This document shows, one piece after another, positions 1-9,551 of a stretch of 64,000 nt of DNA. The notes under the pieces are model-generated. The model saw only the letters and a program-made list of their open reading frames with translations. It had not been told where the DNA came from and did not search any database. A program made the position numbers and the translations under genes. Source of the stretch: Candidatus Ryanbacteria bacterium CG10_big_fil_rev_8_21_14_0_10_43_42 (GTDB lineage: Bacteria > Patescibacteriota > Minisyncoccia > Ryanbacterales > 2-02-FULL-48-12); NCBI GenBank assembly GCA_002793915.1, contig PFEF01000006.1:24697-88696 (forward strand), in the 5' to 3' direction. The stretch's first letter is position 1; the number at the start of each line of letters is the position of its first letter.

Positions 1-41
1 AAGTAAGACATTTTATGGCGGAGTACCCTTAATTATTAAAT

Positions 42-473
42 GTGCATATGGCAAAAGCAGAGCTCAAAACCAAAAAAACAAAACAAAGTGTTATAGCGTT
101 TTTAAATACTATTAAGGATCTGGAAAAAAAGAAAGATGCGAAAAAAATACTCGCGCTTATGAAAGAAATCACCGGAGAGAGGCCTCAGATGTGGGGAGAT
201 AGTATGGTGGGGTTTGGGGACTATCATTACACATACGCGTCCGGCCGCGAGGGCGATTGGTTTCTTGTCGGGTTTTCCCCCCGAAAACAGAATCTTACTA
301 TTTATATTATGCCGGGATATAAAGATTACGGACCCCTCATGAAAAAATTGGGTCCGCATGCGCTTGGAAAATCATGTTTGTATATTAAGCGATTAGATGA
401 TATGCATATCCCTACGCTTAAAAAACTCATCAAGACGGGATATCAGGACATGAAGAAAAAATATAAAAAATAA
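42..473 (+). CDS. DUF1801 (YdhG-like) domain protein
   Basis: 143-aa ORF. MWGDSMVGFGDYHY...FLVGFSPRKQNLTIYIMPG pattern typical of the DUF1801 family. Real start may be the ATG at 48. Confidence 0.55.
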   Translation: MHMAKAELKTKKTKQSVIAFLNTIKDLEKKKDAKKILALMKEITGERPQMWGDSMVGFGDYHYTYASGREGDWFLVGFSPRKQNLTIYIMPGYKDYGPLMKKLGPHALGKSCLYIKRLDDMHIPTLKKLIKTGYQDMKKKYKK

Positions 474-474
474 T

Positions 475-846
475 ATGGAAGATAAAAAACAAAATAATAA
501 TGAAACGGAGCCGGTTTTACATATCAAAATATCCTATGATGATTTTGCGAAGGTGGAATTGCGTACGGCAAGAATTTTATCAGCGGAAGCGGTGGAAGGA
601 TCGGATAAATTAGTGCGTCTCCGAGTTTCGCTTGGTACGAAGGAACGGCAGTTATTGGCCGGCATCGGAAAGTCGTATACACCCGATGATCTTGTCGGAA
701 AAATAATTGCGGTGGTTGCCAACTTAAAACCGCGGAAAATGATGGGCATGGAAAGCGATGGTATGTTGCTCGCGGCAAGCGGAGAAGATGGACCGGTACT
801 TCTTACATCTGACAAGGAGATTTCGCCTGGTGCAGAAATACGATAA
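475..846 (+). CDS. tRNA-binding domain protein (CsaA/Trbp111/MetRS C-terminal-like OB fold)
   Basis: 123 aa. DDFAKVELRTARILSAE...KLVRLRVSLG...GMLLAA matches the tRNA-binding EMAP/Trbp111 domain. Starts 2 nt after the upstream stop. Confidence 0.7.
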   Translation: MEDKKQNNNETEPVLHIKISYDDFAKVELRTARILSAEAVEGSDKLVRLRVSLGTKERQLLAGIGKSYTPDDLVGKIIAVVANLKPRKMMGMESDGMLLAASGEDGPVLLTSDKEISPGAEIR

Positions 847-889
847 CGAAGTTAACTTTGTTGAATGTACCGGCAAGGTTTTTGTTGTT

Positions 890-1717
890 ATGCAAAAAAA
901 TAAAAAATATATTGTTATTGAAAAGCAAGTGGGCGAAACGCCGCGCATGGTCCTTGATAGGTACCGGAAAGAAAATACGTGGGTGGGGGATATACCGCTT
1001 GCATACGCCGGTCGTCTGGATCCTATGGCGGAAGGATTATTATTGGTGCTTGTGGGAGATGAGTGTAAAAATCAAAAAAAATACCATGCCCTGGATAAAG
1101 AGTATGAGTTTGAGGTTCTTCTCGGATTTTCAAGTGATACGGGGGATATACTGGGAATGGCGGAATCCGATGCGGGCATGTCTCGTGTGTCAGATGCGCG
1201 CATGAAAAGTATAATGAGACAATTGGAGGGTAAGCAGAAATTTGCTTATCCGGTATTTTCATCTAAAACAGTCAAAGGAAAGCCCCTTTTTTTATGGGCA
1301 TTGGAAGGGCGTCTCGGAGAAATAAATATACCGTTTGCAGACATTACGATATATAACCTTGATTATAAAGGTATGCGTACTGTTGCAAAAAAAGAATTAT
1401 GGGAATGTATGGAGAAAAAAATAAAAAGCATTCCCGTTGTTGCCGAAAAATCAAAAGCGTTGGGCACCGATTTTCGCCGATCTGATATACAAAGACGGTG
1501 GAAAAGCGTATGGGATTCCTTCGATGACGAGTATATGTTTCAGATAGCACGGTTTACATGCATATGTTCCTCCGGCACATACATACGCACGCTTGCCGAA
1601 AAAATTGCGGAAAAAGCAGATACTATGGGGCTTGCTTACCATATAAAACGCACCGGTATCGGAAGGTATAAACAGGTATGGGGAAGAAAGGGGTTTTGGT
1701 ATAAAACCTTTAAATAG
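890..1717 (+). CDS. TruB-family pseudouridine synthase, second paralog
   Basis: AGRLDPMAEGLLLVLVGDECK (TruB catalytic Asp motif) and CSSGTYIRTLAEKIA near the C-terminus. The ORF-track start at 758 overlaps the upstream gene, so the first in-frame ATG at 890 is used. Confidence 0.7.
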   Translation: MQKNKKYIVIEKQVGETPRMVLDRYRKENTWVGDIPLAYAGRLDPMAEGLLLVLVGDECKNQKKYHALDKEYEFEVLLGFSSDTGDILGMAESDAGMSRVSDARMKSIMRQLEGKQKFAYPVFSSKTVKGKPLFLWALEGRLGEINIPFADITIYNLDYKGMRTVAKKELWECMEKKIKSIPVVAEKSKALGTDFRRSDIQRRWKSVWDSFDDEYMFQIARFTCICSSGTYIRTLAEKIAEKADTMGLAYHIKRTGIGRYKQVWGRKGFWYKTFK

Positions 1718-1787
1718 CACTATTTTATAAGGAAATATTGATAAATGATTGACATTTAACTTTATTTATGTCAGAGTAGAATCTCAT

Positions 1788-3029
1788 ATGTATAATCGAA
1801 GTAATTCCTGGACACAGTCTCCGGGCAGATCAAATAACAGGCGTGGTTTTGGACAGCGCCGCTCGGTACCATCCCGAGGGCGTTTTCAGAGTGGACGCGG
1901 ACGTGGAGGCAAGGGCGCTTTTAGTATGTCTACCGATGATATATCTATTTTTATAAATAAGGCAGTTGCCGAGATAAAAACCGAAGAACATATTATCGAA
2001 CATAGTTTTGCTGATTTTGCCCTACATCCCGATCTTGCGCGCGCCGTTCGTTTCCGTGGATATACGACACCGACCCCTATACAGGACAAAATTATTTCTC
2101 ATGTTTTAAAAGGGACTGACGTGGTTGGACTTGCCAATACTGGTACCGGCAAAACGGGCGCCTTTCTTATTCCATTGATTCATAATGTACTGCAAAATCC
2201 TGAAAAACAGGTTCTTATTATAGCGCCCACGCGCGAACTTGCGGTTCAGATTGAACGGGAATTTGACAGCTTGATAAAACGAATACGTTTGTATGCGGTA
2301 GTGTGTGTTGGAGGTGCTAATATGGGAGCACAAATTCGCAAGCTTCGTCAGCACAGTCATTTCATTATCGGTACACCGGGACGTCTTATGGATCTTATGA
2401 AGCAGGGTGCTTTAAATTTGGAACAGGTGGGGACAATTGTTCTTGATGAGGCGGATCGCATGCTTGATATGGGTTTTATAGATGATGTCCGTTTTATTAT
2501 GAGTAAGATGCCGCGAGTGCGACACACGCTTTGTTTTTCTGCTACAATGTCACGGAATATATCCAATCTCATTAACGATTTTCTTATCAATCCCGTTACC
2601 ATTTCAGTAAAAACGGGAGAGACGGCCGCCAACGTTGAACAAGAAGTGGTGCGTGTTCGCGGACGTAATAAAATGGATGTACTATATGATCTTCTAAAAA
2701 CGGAAGAATGTAGTAAGGTGCTTGTTTTCGGAAAGACAAAATATGGCGTGCAGAATATTTGCGATGCATTATATAGGCGTGGTATTAAGGCGGATGCTAT
2801 TCATGGAGACAAATCGCATGGTCAGCGTCAGCGTGCACTCCGTAATTTTAAGGAAAATAAAGTACAAACATTGGTAGCTACGGATGTTGCATCCCGAGGG
2901 CTAGATATTAGTAACATCACCCACGTCATTAATTTTGATATACCGGCGACGTATGATGATTACGTGCATCGTATCGGACGCACGGGGCGCGGTACTAAAA
3001 AAGGAAAAGCTCTTACATTTATTGAATAG
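1788..3029 (+). CDS. DEAD-box ATP-dependent RNA helicase with an N-terminal Arg/Gly-rich (RGG-like) tail
   Basis: GLANTGTGKTGAF (motif I), DEADRMLDMGF (motif II), SAT, HRIGRTGR. The ORF-track start at 1749 is the TTG of a TTGACA hexamer. The ATG at 1788 keeps the RGG-like tract (NRRGFGQRRSVPSRGRFQSGRGRGGKG). The ATG at 1926 (MSTDD) is an alternative start. Confidence 0.85.
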   Translation: MYNRSNSWTQSPGRSNNRRGFGQRRSVPSRGRFQSGRGRGGKGAFSMSTDDISIFINKAVAEIKTEEHIIEHSFADFALHPDLARAVRFRGYTTPTPIQDKIISHVLKGTDVVGLANTGTGKTGAFLIPLIHNVLQNPEKQVLIIAPTRELAVQIEREFDSLIKRIRLYAVVCVGGANMGAQIRKLRQHSHFIIGTPGRLMDLMKQGALNLEQVGTIVLDEADRMLDMGFIDDVRFIMSKMPRVRHTLCFSATMSRNISNLINDFLINPVTISVKTGETAANVEQEVVRVRGRNKMDVLYDLLKTEECSKVLVFGKTKYGVQNICDALYRRGIKADAIHGDKSHGQRQRALRNFKENKVQTLVATDVASRGLDISNITHVINFDIPATYDDYVHRIGRTGRGTKKGKALTFIE

Positions 3030-3055
3030 AAAGCATATTTTTTCTTTTTGGAATT

Positions 3056-4852
3056 ATGGAAATCAGGAATATAGCGATAATAGCCCACGTAGACCATGGG
3101 AAAACAACACTAACTGATGCCATTATGCGGCAGACGGGTATGTTTGAGGAGGGTATGAGTATGGATACGAATGCGCTTGAGCAGGAGCGTGGTATTACTA
3201 TTTATGCCAAAAATACGGCAACGATATATAAAGATACAAAAATAAATATTGTAGATACGCCGGGACACAGTGATTTTGGATCAGAGGTGGAACGAGTGCT
3301 TCGCTCTATTGATTCAGTGCTTCTGGTAGTGGATGCACAGGAAGGTCCTATGCCGCAGACACGATTTGTTCTCAAAAAATCTCTTGAACTTGGTTTTAAG
3401 CCTATTGTTATTCTTAATAAAATTGATAAGCCGGCGGCGGATCCCATGCGTGCCGAAGAACAGGTTCTCGAATTGTTTTTTGAACTGGGTGCTTCTGATG
3501 AGCAGGCGGATTTTACGGTAGTTTATGCAATTGGAAAAGATGGCGTTGCCATGAAAAACAGAGATGATGAGAAAAAAGATCTCTCGCCTTTGCTGGATAC
3601 TATTTTAGAACAGGTGCCAACAGCGCCTCATACGGTGGACGCGCCTCTTAGGGCACAACCATTCAACTTGGCATATGATAATTTTTTGGGACGCCTCGCT
3701 ATTGCGCGCGTATATGACGGTATTCTTCGCGTGGGCGCACAGGTATATATTACAACGCCCGATGGGGATATACGAACCGGAAAAGTAACGAAGCTGTTTA
3801 CGTTTAAAGGAGTGGCGCGAAAAGAAGTTGATTTCGTGGAGGCGGGAGACATTTGCATGATAGCCGGACTTCCCGATATTTTTATCGGAGAGACTATCAG
3901 TGCAGACAAGGAAGTTGAGTTATTACCCGCAATCAAAGTGGACGAACCAACGATTACGCTTACGTTTTTGGTAAACAACTCTCCGTTTGGAGGGCGTGAT
4001 GGTACGTTACTTACGTCGCGGCAGATACGGGAGCGTCTCGAGAAAGAACTTGAGGTGAATGTGGGGCTTAAGATTGATTTTACACAGCCGGATCAGTTTA
4101 AGGTTTATGGCCGCGGAGAATTACATGTTGCCGTTCTATTGGAAACGATGCGAAGGGAGGGGTATGAGATTCAGGTTTCACAGCCACACGTTATTATCAA
4201 GGAAGAGGATGGTAAGAAATTAGAACCCTTTGAGGAAGTGACAATTGATGTGCCAAGTGAATTTCAGGGGGCGGTTATAGAAAAATTAGGCAAAAGAAAG
4301 GCAATTATGACGGATATGAAGACGGAATCGGACGCGACGGTACGACTTACGTTTGAAGGGCCTACCCGTGGTTTTCTAGGTTATCGAGGGCAATTTATGG
4401 TGGATACGAAAGGGGAAGGTATTCTCTCAAGTAGAGTTATAGGATTTAAGCCTTATGTAGGGCATATAGAAAAGCGTGTTACGGGATCCATGATATCAAT
4501 GGCTACCGGAAAGGCGTTGGGATTTTCACTTGCAAATTTGCAGGAACGCGGTGTTTTGTATATTGGTCCGGCGACGGAAGTGTATGAGGGTATGGTTATT
4601 GGAAATACGGCAAAAGGAGATGAAATGTCGGTAAATCCCATAAAGGGAAAACAGCTTACCAATATGCGCGCTTCCGGATCGGATGATACTATCCAGCTGG
4701 CACCGCCGCATATTATTACGATTGAATCCGGACTTGAGCTGATTGCCGAGGATGAGTATCTGGAGATAACGCCGCATAACGTACGTATACGGAAGCAGTA
4801 CTTAACAGAAAATGAACGCTCAAAATCAAAAAGAGGAAAGGGTGGCGCATAG
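3056..4852 (+). CDS. typA: translational GTPase TypA/BipA
   Basis: [33 protein letters not shown]-domain motifs. 598 aa, typical TypA length and domain order. Confidence 0.95.
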   Translation: MEIRNIAIIAHVDHGKTTLTDAIMRQTGMFEEGMSMDTNALEQERGITIYAKNTATIYKDTKINIVDTPGHSDFGSEVERVLRSIDSVLLVVDAQEGPMPQTRFVLKKSLELGFKPIVILNKIDKPAADPMRAEEQVLELFFELGASDEQADFTVVYAIGKDGVAMKNRDDEKKDLSPLLDTILEQVPTAPHTVDAPLRAQPFNLAYDNFLGRLAIARVYDGILRVGAQVYITTPDGDIRTGKVTKLFTFKGVARKEVDFVEAGDICMIAGLPDIFIGETISADKEVELLPAIKVDEPTITLTFLVNNSPFGGRDGTLLTSRQIRERLEKELEVNVGLKIDFTQPDQFKVYGRGELHVAVLLETMRREGYEIQVSQPHVIIKEEDGKKLEPFEEVTIDVPSEFQGAVIEKLGKRKAIMTDMKTESDATVRLTFEGPTRGFLGYRGQFMVDTKGEGILSSRVIGFKPYVGHIEKRVTGSMISMATGKALGFSLANLQERGVLYIGPATEVYEGMVIGNTAKGDEMSVNPIKGKQLTNMRASGSDDTIQLAPPHIITIESGLELIAEDEYLEITPHNVRIRKQYLTENERSKSKRGKGGA

Positions 4853-4971
4853 GAATGTTTGCAATTTTTTAATGCCTATGGTATGCTATGCGCTATACAT
4901 GTCGACGAAGTAAAAATAAGGTTGAATTTTATACTTGAAGACAGGTGATTATAGGAATTTATGTTCTAACA

Positions 4972-5172
4972 ATGCAACAGGGAACAGTTGCCCGTATCAT
5001 GGACAAAGGCTACGGCTTTATCCAGCGAGAGGGCGAAGAAAAAGACCTTTTCTTTCATGCAACTGAAGTTAAGGACGGCGCATTCAATGATCTTCGTGAA
5101 GGAGATGCTGTGCAGTTCGAAGTTGAGGAAGATTCAAAGGGAGCACGCGCCGTACAGGTGAGTCGTGCATAG
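4972..5172 (+). CDS. cold-shock protein (CspA family)
   Basis: GTVARIMDKGYGFIQ...DLFFH core (RNP1/RNP2 motifs). ORF-track start 4945; the internal ATG at 4972 gives a canonical ~66-aa Csp. Long 5' UTR and a strong terminator follow. Confidence 0.9.
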   Translation: MQQGTVARIMDKGYGFIQREGEEKDLFFHATEVKDGAFNDLREGDAVQFEVEEDSKGARAVQVSRA

Positions 5173-5189
5173 GTATAAAAATACCCATA

Positions 5190-5224
5190 AAACATACCCG
5201 ACGTACGTCGGGTATGTTTTTGTT
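5190..5224 (+). terminator. rho-independent terminator (csp)
   Basis: aaacatacccgacgtacgtcgggtatgttttt: 11-bp stem + U-run. Confidence 0.8.
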
Positions 5225-5250
5225 TGAATGGCAACATACATGCGAGTATG

Positions 5251-5279
5251 TTGACGATTAAATTATAATAATGTATAAT
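5251..5279 (+). promoter_or_regulatory. sigma70-like promoter TTGACG-17-TATAAT
   Basis: Exact hexamers with 17-nt spacer, 28 nt upstream of the 5307 ORF. Confidence 0.6.
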
Positions 5280-5306
5280 CGTGGAAATGGCATTTAAGGG
5301 GGTTGT

Positions 5307-5600
5307 ATGTTTAAGGAACCGACGGTGCGTTGTGGGAACATAAAGGTAGAGTTAATTTTCGAGAAATACGACATAAAACTTCCCGATGGGTCGGTTCGCG
5401 GGGGATGGAAGATGTGGGTCGGAGAGTATTATTTTGGAGCCGCTGACTCAAAAGAGATGCTTCTGAAAGCGTGGAATGAGCTTAGTAGGCCATCAGAATC
5501 ATTTCATTGGCGAAGTATTTCTGAAAGATCAAGGTATGTTCTTACAAACAGTCGGGGTTACAGAGAATATTTGGAAGAATCTCGATTACGACTACGATAA
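5307..5600 (+). CDS. hypothetical protein (97 aa), monocistronic
   Basis: Perfect TTGACG-17-TATAAT promoter at 5251-5279, SD aagggggttgtATG, and a terminator hairpin at 5608-5632. No family recognised. Confidence 0.5.
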   Translation: MFKEPTVRCGNIKVELIFEKYDIKLPDGSVRGGWKMWVGEYYFGAADSKEMLLKAWNELSRPSESFHWRSISERSRYVLTNSRGYREYLEESRLRLR

Positions 5601-5607
5601 CTACAAT

Positions 5608-5632
5608 CCTTGGCACAGCAAGGGTTTTTTTC
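5608..5632 (+). terminator. rho-independent terminator
   Basis: ccttggcacagcaagg + ttttttt. Confidence 0.65.
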
Positions 5633-5664
5633 TTGGATTAGTATGCACATGATATAATAAAAAA

Positions 5665-7413
5665 ATGGAAAAGGAAAAATCGCATTTACTTAAAATAATT
5701 CCGTACTTACTCGCGTATAAATGGCGGGTTGTTTTTTCTCTCATGCTTATTGTTGCGGGACGCGTGTTTTCTGTGGCAAATCCTTACGTTATAAAAAAAC
5801 TTATCGATATGCTTGTGGACGGGGCGTTACCGAACCTCTCTTTTATTATTGGTCTTATCATCCTCTTTTTTATTTTTCGGTGGGGTACGGATATTACCGG
5901 TGGTATTAAGGATTATATTTTTGCCAAAGTGGAAGTTGGTGTTAAGCGTCGCATTCCCCTGGACGTGTTCGAGCATCTCCTTTCTTTGCCGTTGGATTTT
6001 CACGCGGATCAGGCAACGGGAGGCGTTGCGCGAAAAATTGCGCGTGGCACTAACTCGCTTTCGTCGCTTAGCTTCTTTTTTACCGGAAACATTCTCCCCA
6101 CAATTATAGAGATACTGTTTATATTAGGGATATTTCTTTTCACATTTCCGATTTCGTTTAGTATTGTATTTGCGGTTTTTGTGGCGGTATATATTGTATA
6201 TACAGTAAGGATAACCGATCGTCGGCAGGTTCTTCTTATTGAGGCGAATAAACGTGATGATGCAGGATCGGAAAAATCTGTTGATGCCCTCCTTAATTTT
6301 GAGACAGTGAAGTACTTTACCAATGAAGAATTTGAAATCCGGCGCTATGATACGGCCTTGGGAAAATGGGCCGAAGTTGCCGTTGAATCTACAAAGAAGG
6401 GGGCAAATTTAAATATGGGGCAGGGATTTATTATAACCGCAGGACTTACGGTGTTATTAGCTCTTGCAACACGCGAATTTATGCAAGGAGCGGCCACTAT
6501 AGGAGATTTTGTCCTTATAACATCATATTTGAATCGTATCGCCATTCCTATGTCCTTCCTCGGAGCATTATATAGGCGCATTAAGGAAGGACTTGCGGAT
6601 ATTGATGCTATGTTTCGGTTATTTGATACGGAGAATACCATTACTGATAAGATCGATGCTCACCCCCTTATCATAAATGAGGGACGGGTGGAGTTTCGTG
6701 ATGTTGTTTTTGGATATAATACCAACAGAAAGATACTGAGGGGTATTTCCATCGATATGCCGGCAAAAAAAAGTATAGCGCTCGTAGGGTATTCCGGATC
6801 TGGAAAATCAACAATATCAAAACTTCTCCTTCGATTATATGATGTCTTGGAAGGCGGGATATATATTGATGGTGTGGACATACGGGATGTTACGCAAAAG
6901 TCACTTCGGGAAGCCGTTGGCGTTGTGGCGCAGGATACCATTTTATTTAATGATACGATTGGTAACAATATTGCATATGGAAGACCGGATGCTACGGAAG
7001 AGGAGATACAGAGCGCGGCAAAGATTGCTCATATCCATGAATTTATAGAAACATTACCAGAACAATATAATACGCGCGTTGGAGAGCGCGGTGTAAAATT
7101 ATCGGGAGGGGAAAAACAGCGCGTTGCCATCGCGCGTATGTTGCTTAAAGATCCTCCTATCTTATTATTCGACGAGGCAACAGCATCCTTGGATAGTAAA
7201 TCAGAGCGCTTGATACAAGATTCTATTGCCGCATTATCGCATGAAGGGCGTACGACTATCGTTATTGCTCATCGTCTTTCCACGATTGTTGATTTTGATA
7301 AGATTGTTGTTATGGCAGATGGTGCCGTTATCGAACAGGGTACGCATAAGGAATTATTGCAAGAATGCGGAGCATATCAGCGTCTATGGAGTACGCAAAA
7401 CAAGCATCTGTGA
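5665..7413 (+). CDS. ABC exporter, fused permease-ATPase (MsbA/type I exporter-like)
   Basis: N-terminal 6-TM domain; C-terminal GYSGSGKST Walker A, LSGGEKQRVAIARMLL signature, LLFDEATASLD Walker B. Confidence 0.9.
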   Translation: MEKEKSHLLKIIPYLLAYKWRVVFSLMLIVAGRVFSVANPYVIKKLIDMLVDGALPNLSFIIGLIILFFIFRWGTDITGGIKDYIFAKVEVGVKRRIPLDVFEHLLSLPLDFHADQATGGVARKIARGTNSLSSLSFFFTGNILPTIIEILFILGIFLFTFPISFSIVFAVFVAVYIVYTVRITDRRQVLLIEANKRDDAGSEKSVDALLNFETVKYFTNEEFEIRRYDTALGKWAEVAVESTKKGANLNMGQGFIITAGLTVLLALATREFMQGAATIGDFVLITSYLNRIAIPMSFLGALYRRIKEGLADIDAMFRLFDTENTITDKIDAHPLIINEGRVEFRDVVFGYNTNRKILRGISIDMPAKKSIALVGYSGSGKSTISKLLLRLYDVLEGGIYIDGVDIRDVTQKSLREAVGVVAQDTILFNDTIGNNIAYGRPDATEEEIQSAAKIAHIHEFIETLPEQYNTRVGERGVKLSGGEKQRVAIARMLLKDPPILLFDEATASLDSKSERLIQDSIAALSHEGRTTIVIAHRLSTIVDFDKIVVMADGAVIEQGTHKELLQECGAYQRLWSTQNKHL

Positions 7414-7441
7414 CTATAACAAAATAATACGCAACAAAAAT

Positions 7442-8518
7442 ATGAATGCACTGCGAGACGTATACAAAAAATATGAGCATGTAATGGCATGGGGTGCATT
7501 TTTGGGCGGGTTTTTATGGGATACGCTTACGCTTACCCGGATTGATTTATGGATAGATAATCTGATGTTGTTTTTATATATCGTAATTGCCGGTACGAGT
7601 ATAACGCTTTTTAATTTATATGATATTGGACGATTGCAACGGCCCATTTTCCGGATTTATGCACCATGGCTTCCATTGGTTATGCAGTTTGCATTTGGCG
7701 GCTTATTCAGCGGATATGTTGTGTACTATTCTCGCAGTGCCGCATTTGCAACAAGTTGGCCGTTTCTTTTTTTTCTTGCGGTACTGCTCGTGGGAAATGA
7801 ATTTTCTGAAAAACGATATCACCGATTTACATTTAACGTAAGTATTTTATTTGTTGCCATATTTTCATTTCTTACGTTTTATATGCCCATTGTTTTAGGC
7901 TCGCTTGGAGCGAGTACGTTCCTTATAAGCGGATGGATGAGTTTAGTTGTTATCGGTGCGTTATTGTTTTTATTTATGCGTATTATGCCGGAGCGCATGA
8001 AGAGTATTAAGTATTTGTTATTTATAAGCATCGGAGGCATATATATATTATTTAACGTATTTTATTTTACCAATATCATCCCTCCCATTCCGCTTTCTAT
8101 TATTGAAAGTGGAATATACTATAATGTGGAGAGGTATGGGGATGAGTATAGGGTGACGAAAGAAGATAGGCCATGGTATGTGTTTTGGAAGAGGGAACAC
8201 GTGTTCTATCGAAGCGGAAACAATCCTATATATAGTTACAGTGCCGTATTTGCACCAACAAAACTACAGACAAAAATTATACACAGATGGTTATATTATA
8301 ATGAGAAAACCGGTGCGTGGATACAAACGGATGAGTTTCCCTATGCTATTTATGGGGGGCGGGACGGCGGATACCGAGGGTATTCGGTAAAACATAATGT
8401 ATTTCCGGGACGATGGCGCGTGGATGTCATTACCGAACGAAAACAGCTTCTGGGACGTACGACATTTATGGTACGTGATGCAGAGAAAGAACTTCTTCTT
8501 ACAACAGAGATACGGTGA
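7442..8518 (+). CDS. polytopic membrane protein with C-terminal soluble domain (DUF2914-like impression)
   Basis: ORF-track start 7226 overlaps the ABC gene; first ATG after its stop is 7442 (MNALRDVY...). About 7 hydrophobic helices, then a Tyr/Gly/Arg-rich C-terminal domain (YGGRDGGYRGYSVKHNVFPGRW). Confidence 0.55.
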   Translation: MNALRDVYKKYEHVMAWGAFLGGFLWDTLTLTRIDLWIDNLMLFLYIVIAGTSITLFNLYDIGRLQRPIFRIYAPWLPLVMQFAFGGLFSGYVVYYSRSAAFATSWPFLFFLAVLLVGNEFSEKRYHRFTFNVSILFVAIFSFLTFYMPIVLGSLGASTFLISGWMSLVVIGALLFLFMRIMPERMKSIKYLLFISIGGIYILFNVFYFTNIIPPIPLSIIESGIYYNVERYGDEYRVTKEDRPWYVFWKREHVFYRSGNNPIYSYSAVFAPTKLQTKIIHRWLYYNEKTGAWIQTDEFPYAIYGGRDGGYRGYSVKHNVFPGRWRVDVITERKQLLGRTTFMVRDAEKELLLTTEIR

Positions 8519-8521
8519 TGC

Positions 8522-8550
8522 AAGGAATATTATTGACCTAATATATTATT
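8522..8550 (+). promoter_or_regulatory. sigma70-like promoter TTGACC-17-TATAAT
   Basis: Upstream of the 47-aa hydrophobic peptide ORF. Confidence 0.55.
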
Positions 8551-8605
8551 AATGTTATAATATGAGCATACAAAAAAGGTCTTTTATAGGGTAATAGGAC
8601 AATTT

Positions 8606-8749
8606 ATGAAAACATTATTAGGTATTGTTATACTTGTTATAGCCGTGTGGATATTTGCGACAGTAAGTGAACCGGTGAGTCGTTACGGAGGAGGTGCAGT
8701 ACTCGCTTTGGTAGCGGTCTGGCTTCTTTTAAGAGGACGTAAGGGATAG
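8606..8749 (+). CDS. small hydrophobic 2-TM peptide (47 aa)
   Basis: MKTLLGIVILVIAVWIFATVSEPVSRYGGGAVLALVAVWLLLRGRKG. Driven by a perfect TTGACC-17-TATAAT promoter at 8522-8550. Not in the ORF track because it is under 60 aa. Confidence 0.35.
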   Translation: MKTLLGIVILVIAVWIFATVSEPVSRYGGGAVLALVAVWLLLRGRKG

Positions 8750-8830
8750 GGTGAGTTTGCAGGTATGAGGTATATATGTTAGAGTAAGAATGTCTACAGA
8801 GGCGCATCTTATCAGCTTATAATCAAAATC

Positions 8831-8962
8831 ATGGATGAAATGAATCCAATGGATCCTCAAACAGAAGGTGAGGCTCCTGCAACACCAACAGAAGGTGGTG
8901 ATATGCCTGCAGCAGCCGGTGATGAAGAAGCTCCTGCAACACCAACAGAAGGTCAGGAATAA
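8831..8962 (+). CDS. small acidic Pro/Thr-repeat peptide (43 aa), possibly leaderless
   Basis: MDEMNPMDPQTEGEAPATPTEGGDMPAAAGDEEAPATPTEGQE. TATAAT at 8818-8823 lies 7 nt before the ATG (leaderless geometry). Strong terminator immediately downstream. Contains a 24-nt direct repeat. Confidence 0.3.
   Translation: MDEMNPMDPQTEGEAPATPTEGGDMPAAAGDEEAPATPTEGQE
8873..8954 (+). repeat. 24-nt direct repeat (gctcctgcaacaccaacagaaggt x2) inside the small acidic peptide ORF
   Basis: Copies at 8873-8896 and 8931-8954, encoding APATPTEG twice. Confidence 0.7.
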
Positions 8963-8975
8963 GACTTTCTTCGTA

Positions 8976-9009
8976 TAAAAAAGAGCTGATATATATCAGC
9001 TCTTTTTTA
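8976..9009. terminator. bidirectional rho-independent terminator between the small peptide ORF (+) and the SET gene (-)
   Basis: aaaaaagagctgatatatatcagctcttttttat: 11-bp stem flanked by an A-run and a T-run. Confidence 0.8.
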
Positions 9010-9032
9010 TTTGTGTTATCCATTCTAAAAAC

Positions 9033-9461
9033 TCAATCTCTGTTTTTGTGTCCGCCATGTTTTTTTGCCGGACATTTGCATCCATGCGGCTTTATAAAAT
9101 CATCAAAGTATTCTTCGCCATAATCATAGGTGATTTCCTCACCGGGTTTAATGGTGCGTGTGGCGAAAATAAGGATACGCCCGCCACGTTCATCTGTTTC
9201 GCAATTAGGCTTGCAGGCATGGTTAATATACCGAGCCAAGTGTTTATGGTCTTTTGCGTCTAGTGTCCATTTGGTGTTTATGGTAAAAAGATATTTTCCG
9301 CCTCGTCTATCTGCTTCCGCGTCGGAAATTTTTTCTCCCGTATATTCAATAACAAAATCCCCTTTCTTAAATTCCCGTTTTGTAAACAAAGCGAGTCCTG
9401 CACCGGGTTTTGCACGCTTTACACAAAACCAATCCTTATGGGTTGTATATTTTTGTGACAT
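9033..9461 (-). CDS. SET-domain protein lysine methyltransferase
   Basis: ARYINHACKPNC (NHxCxPN SET motif), GEEITYDYG (post-catalytic ELxxDY-like), C-terminal CKCPAKKH post-SET Cys cluster. 142 aa. Confidence 0.85.
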   Translation of the reverse strand: MSQKYTTHKDWFCVKRAKPGAGLALFTKREFKKGDFVIEYTGEKISDAEADRRGGKYLFTINTKWTLDAKDHKHLARYINHACKPNCETDERGGRILIFATRTIKPGEEITYDYGEEYFDDFIKPHGCKCPAKKHGGHKNRD

Positions 9462-9551
9462 ATCATAAAAATATACTGTATTATCACATCAGAGTCAATT
9501 GTCTGATTTGTTGTCATAATGTAGTATGGTGTGTAGAAAAGGAGGTTTACC

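Noticed and set aside
1749-1787. ORF-track starts at TTG codons (1749, 12164, 26568, 37063)
   Set aside because: Each TTG is part of a promoter-like TTGACA/TTGCGA hexamer or precedes a better ATG. Starts were moved to the first plausible ATG.
5721-7048. Alternative-frame ORFs inside the ABC exporter gene
   Set aside because: Embedded in a strongly supported ABC transporter frame.
8861-8954. Direct repeats (24 nt x2) as a possible mini CRISPR array
   Set aside because: Only two copies. They are in-frame inside a small ORF and encode a repeated peptide motif. No cas genes anywhere in the window.
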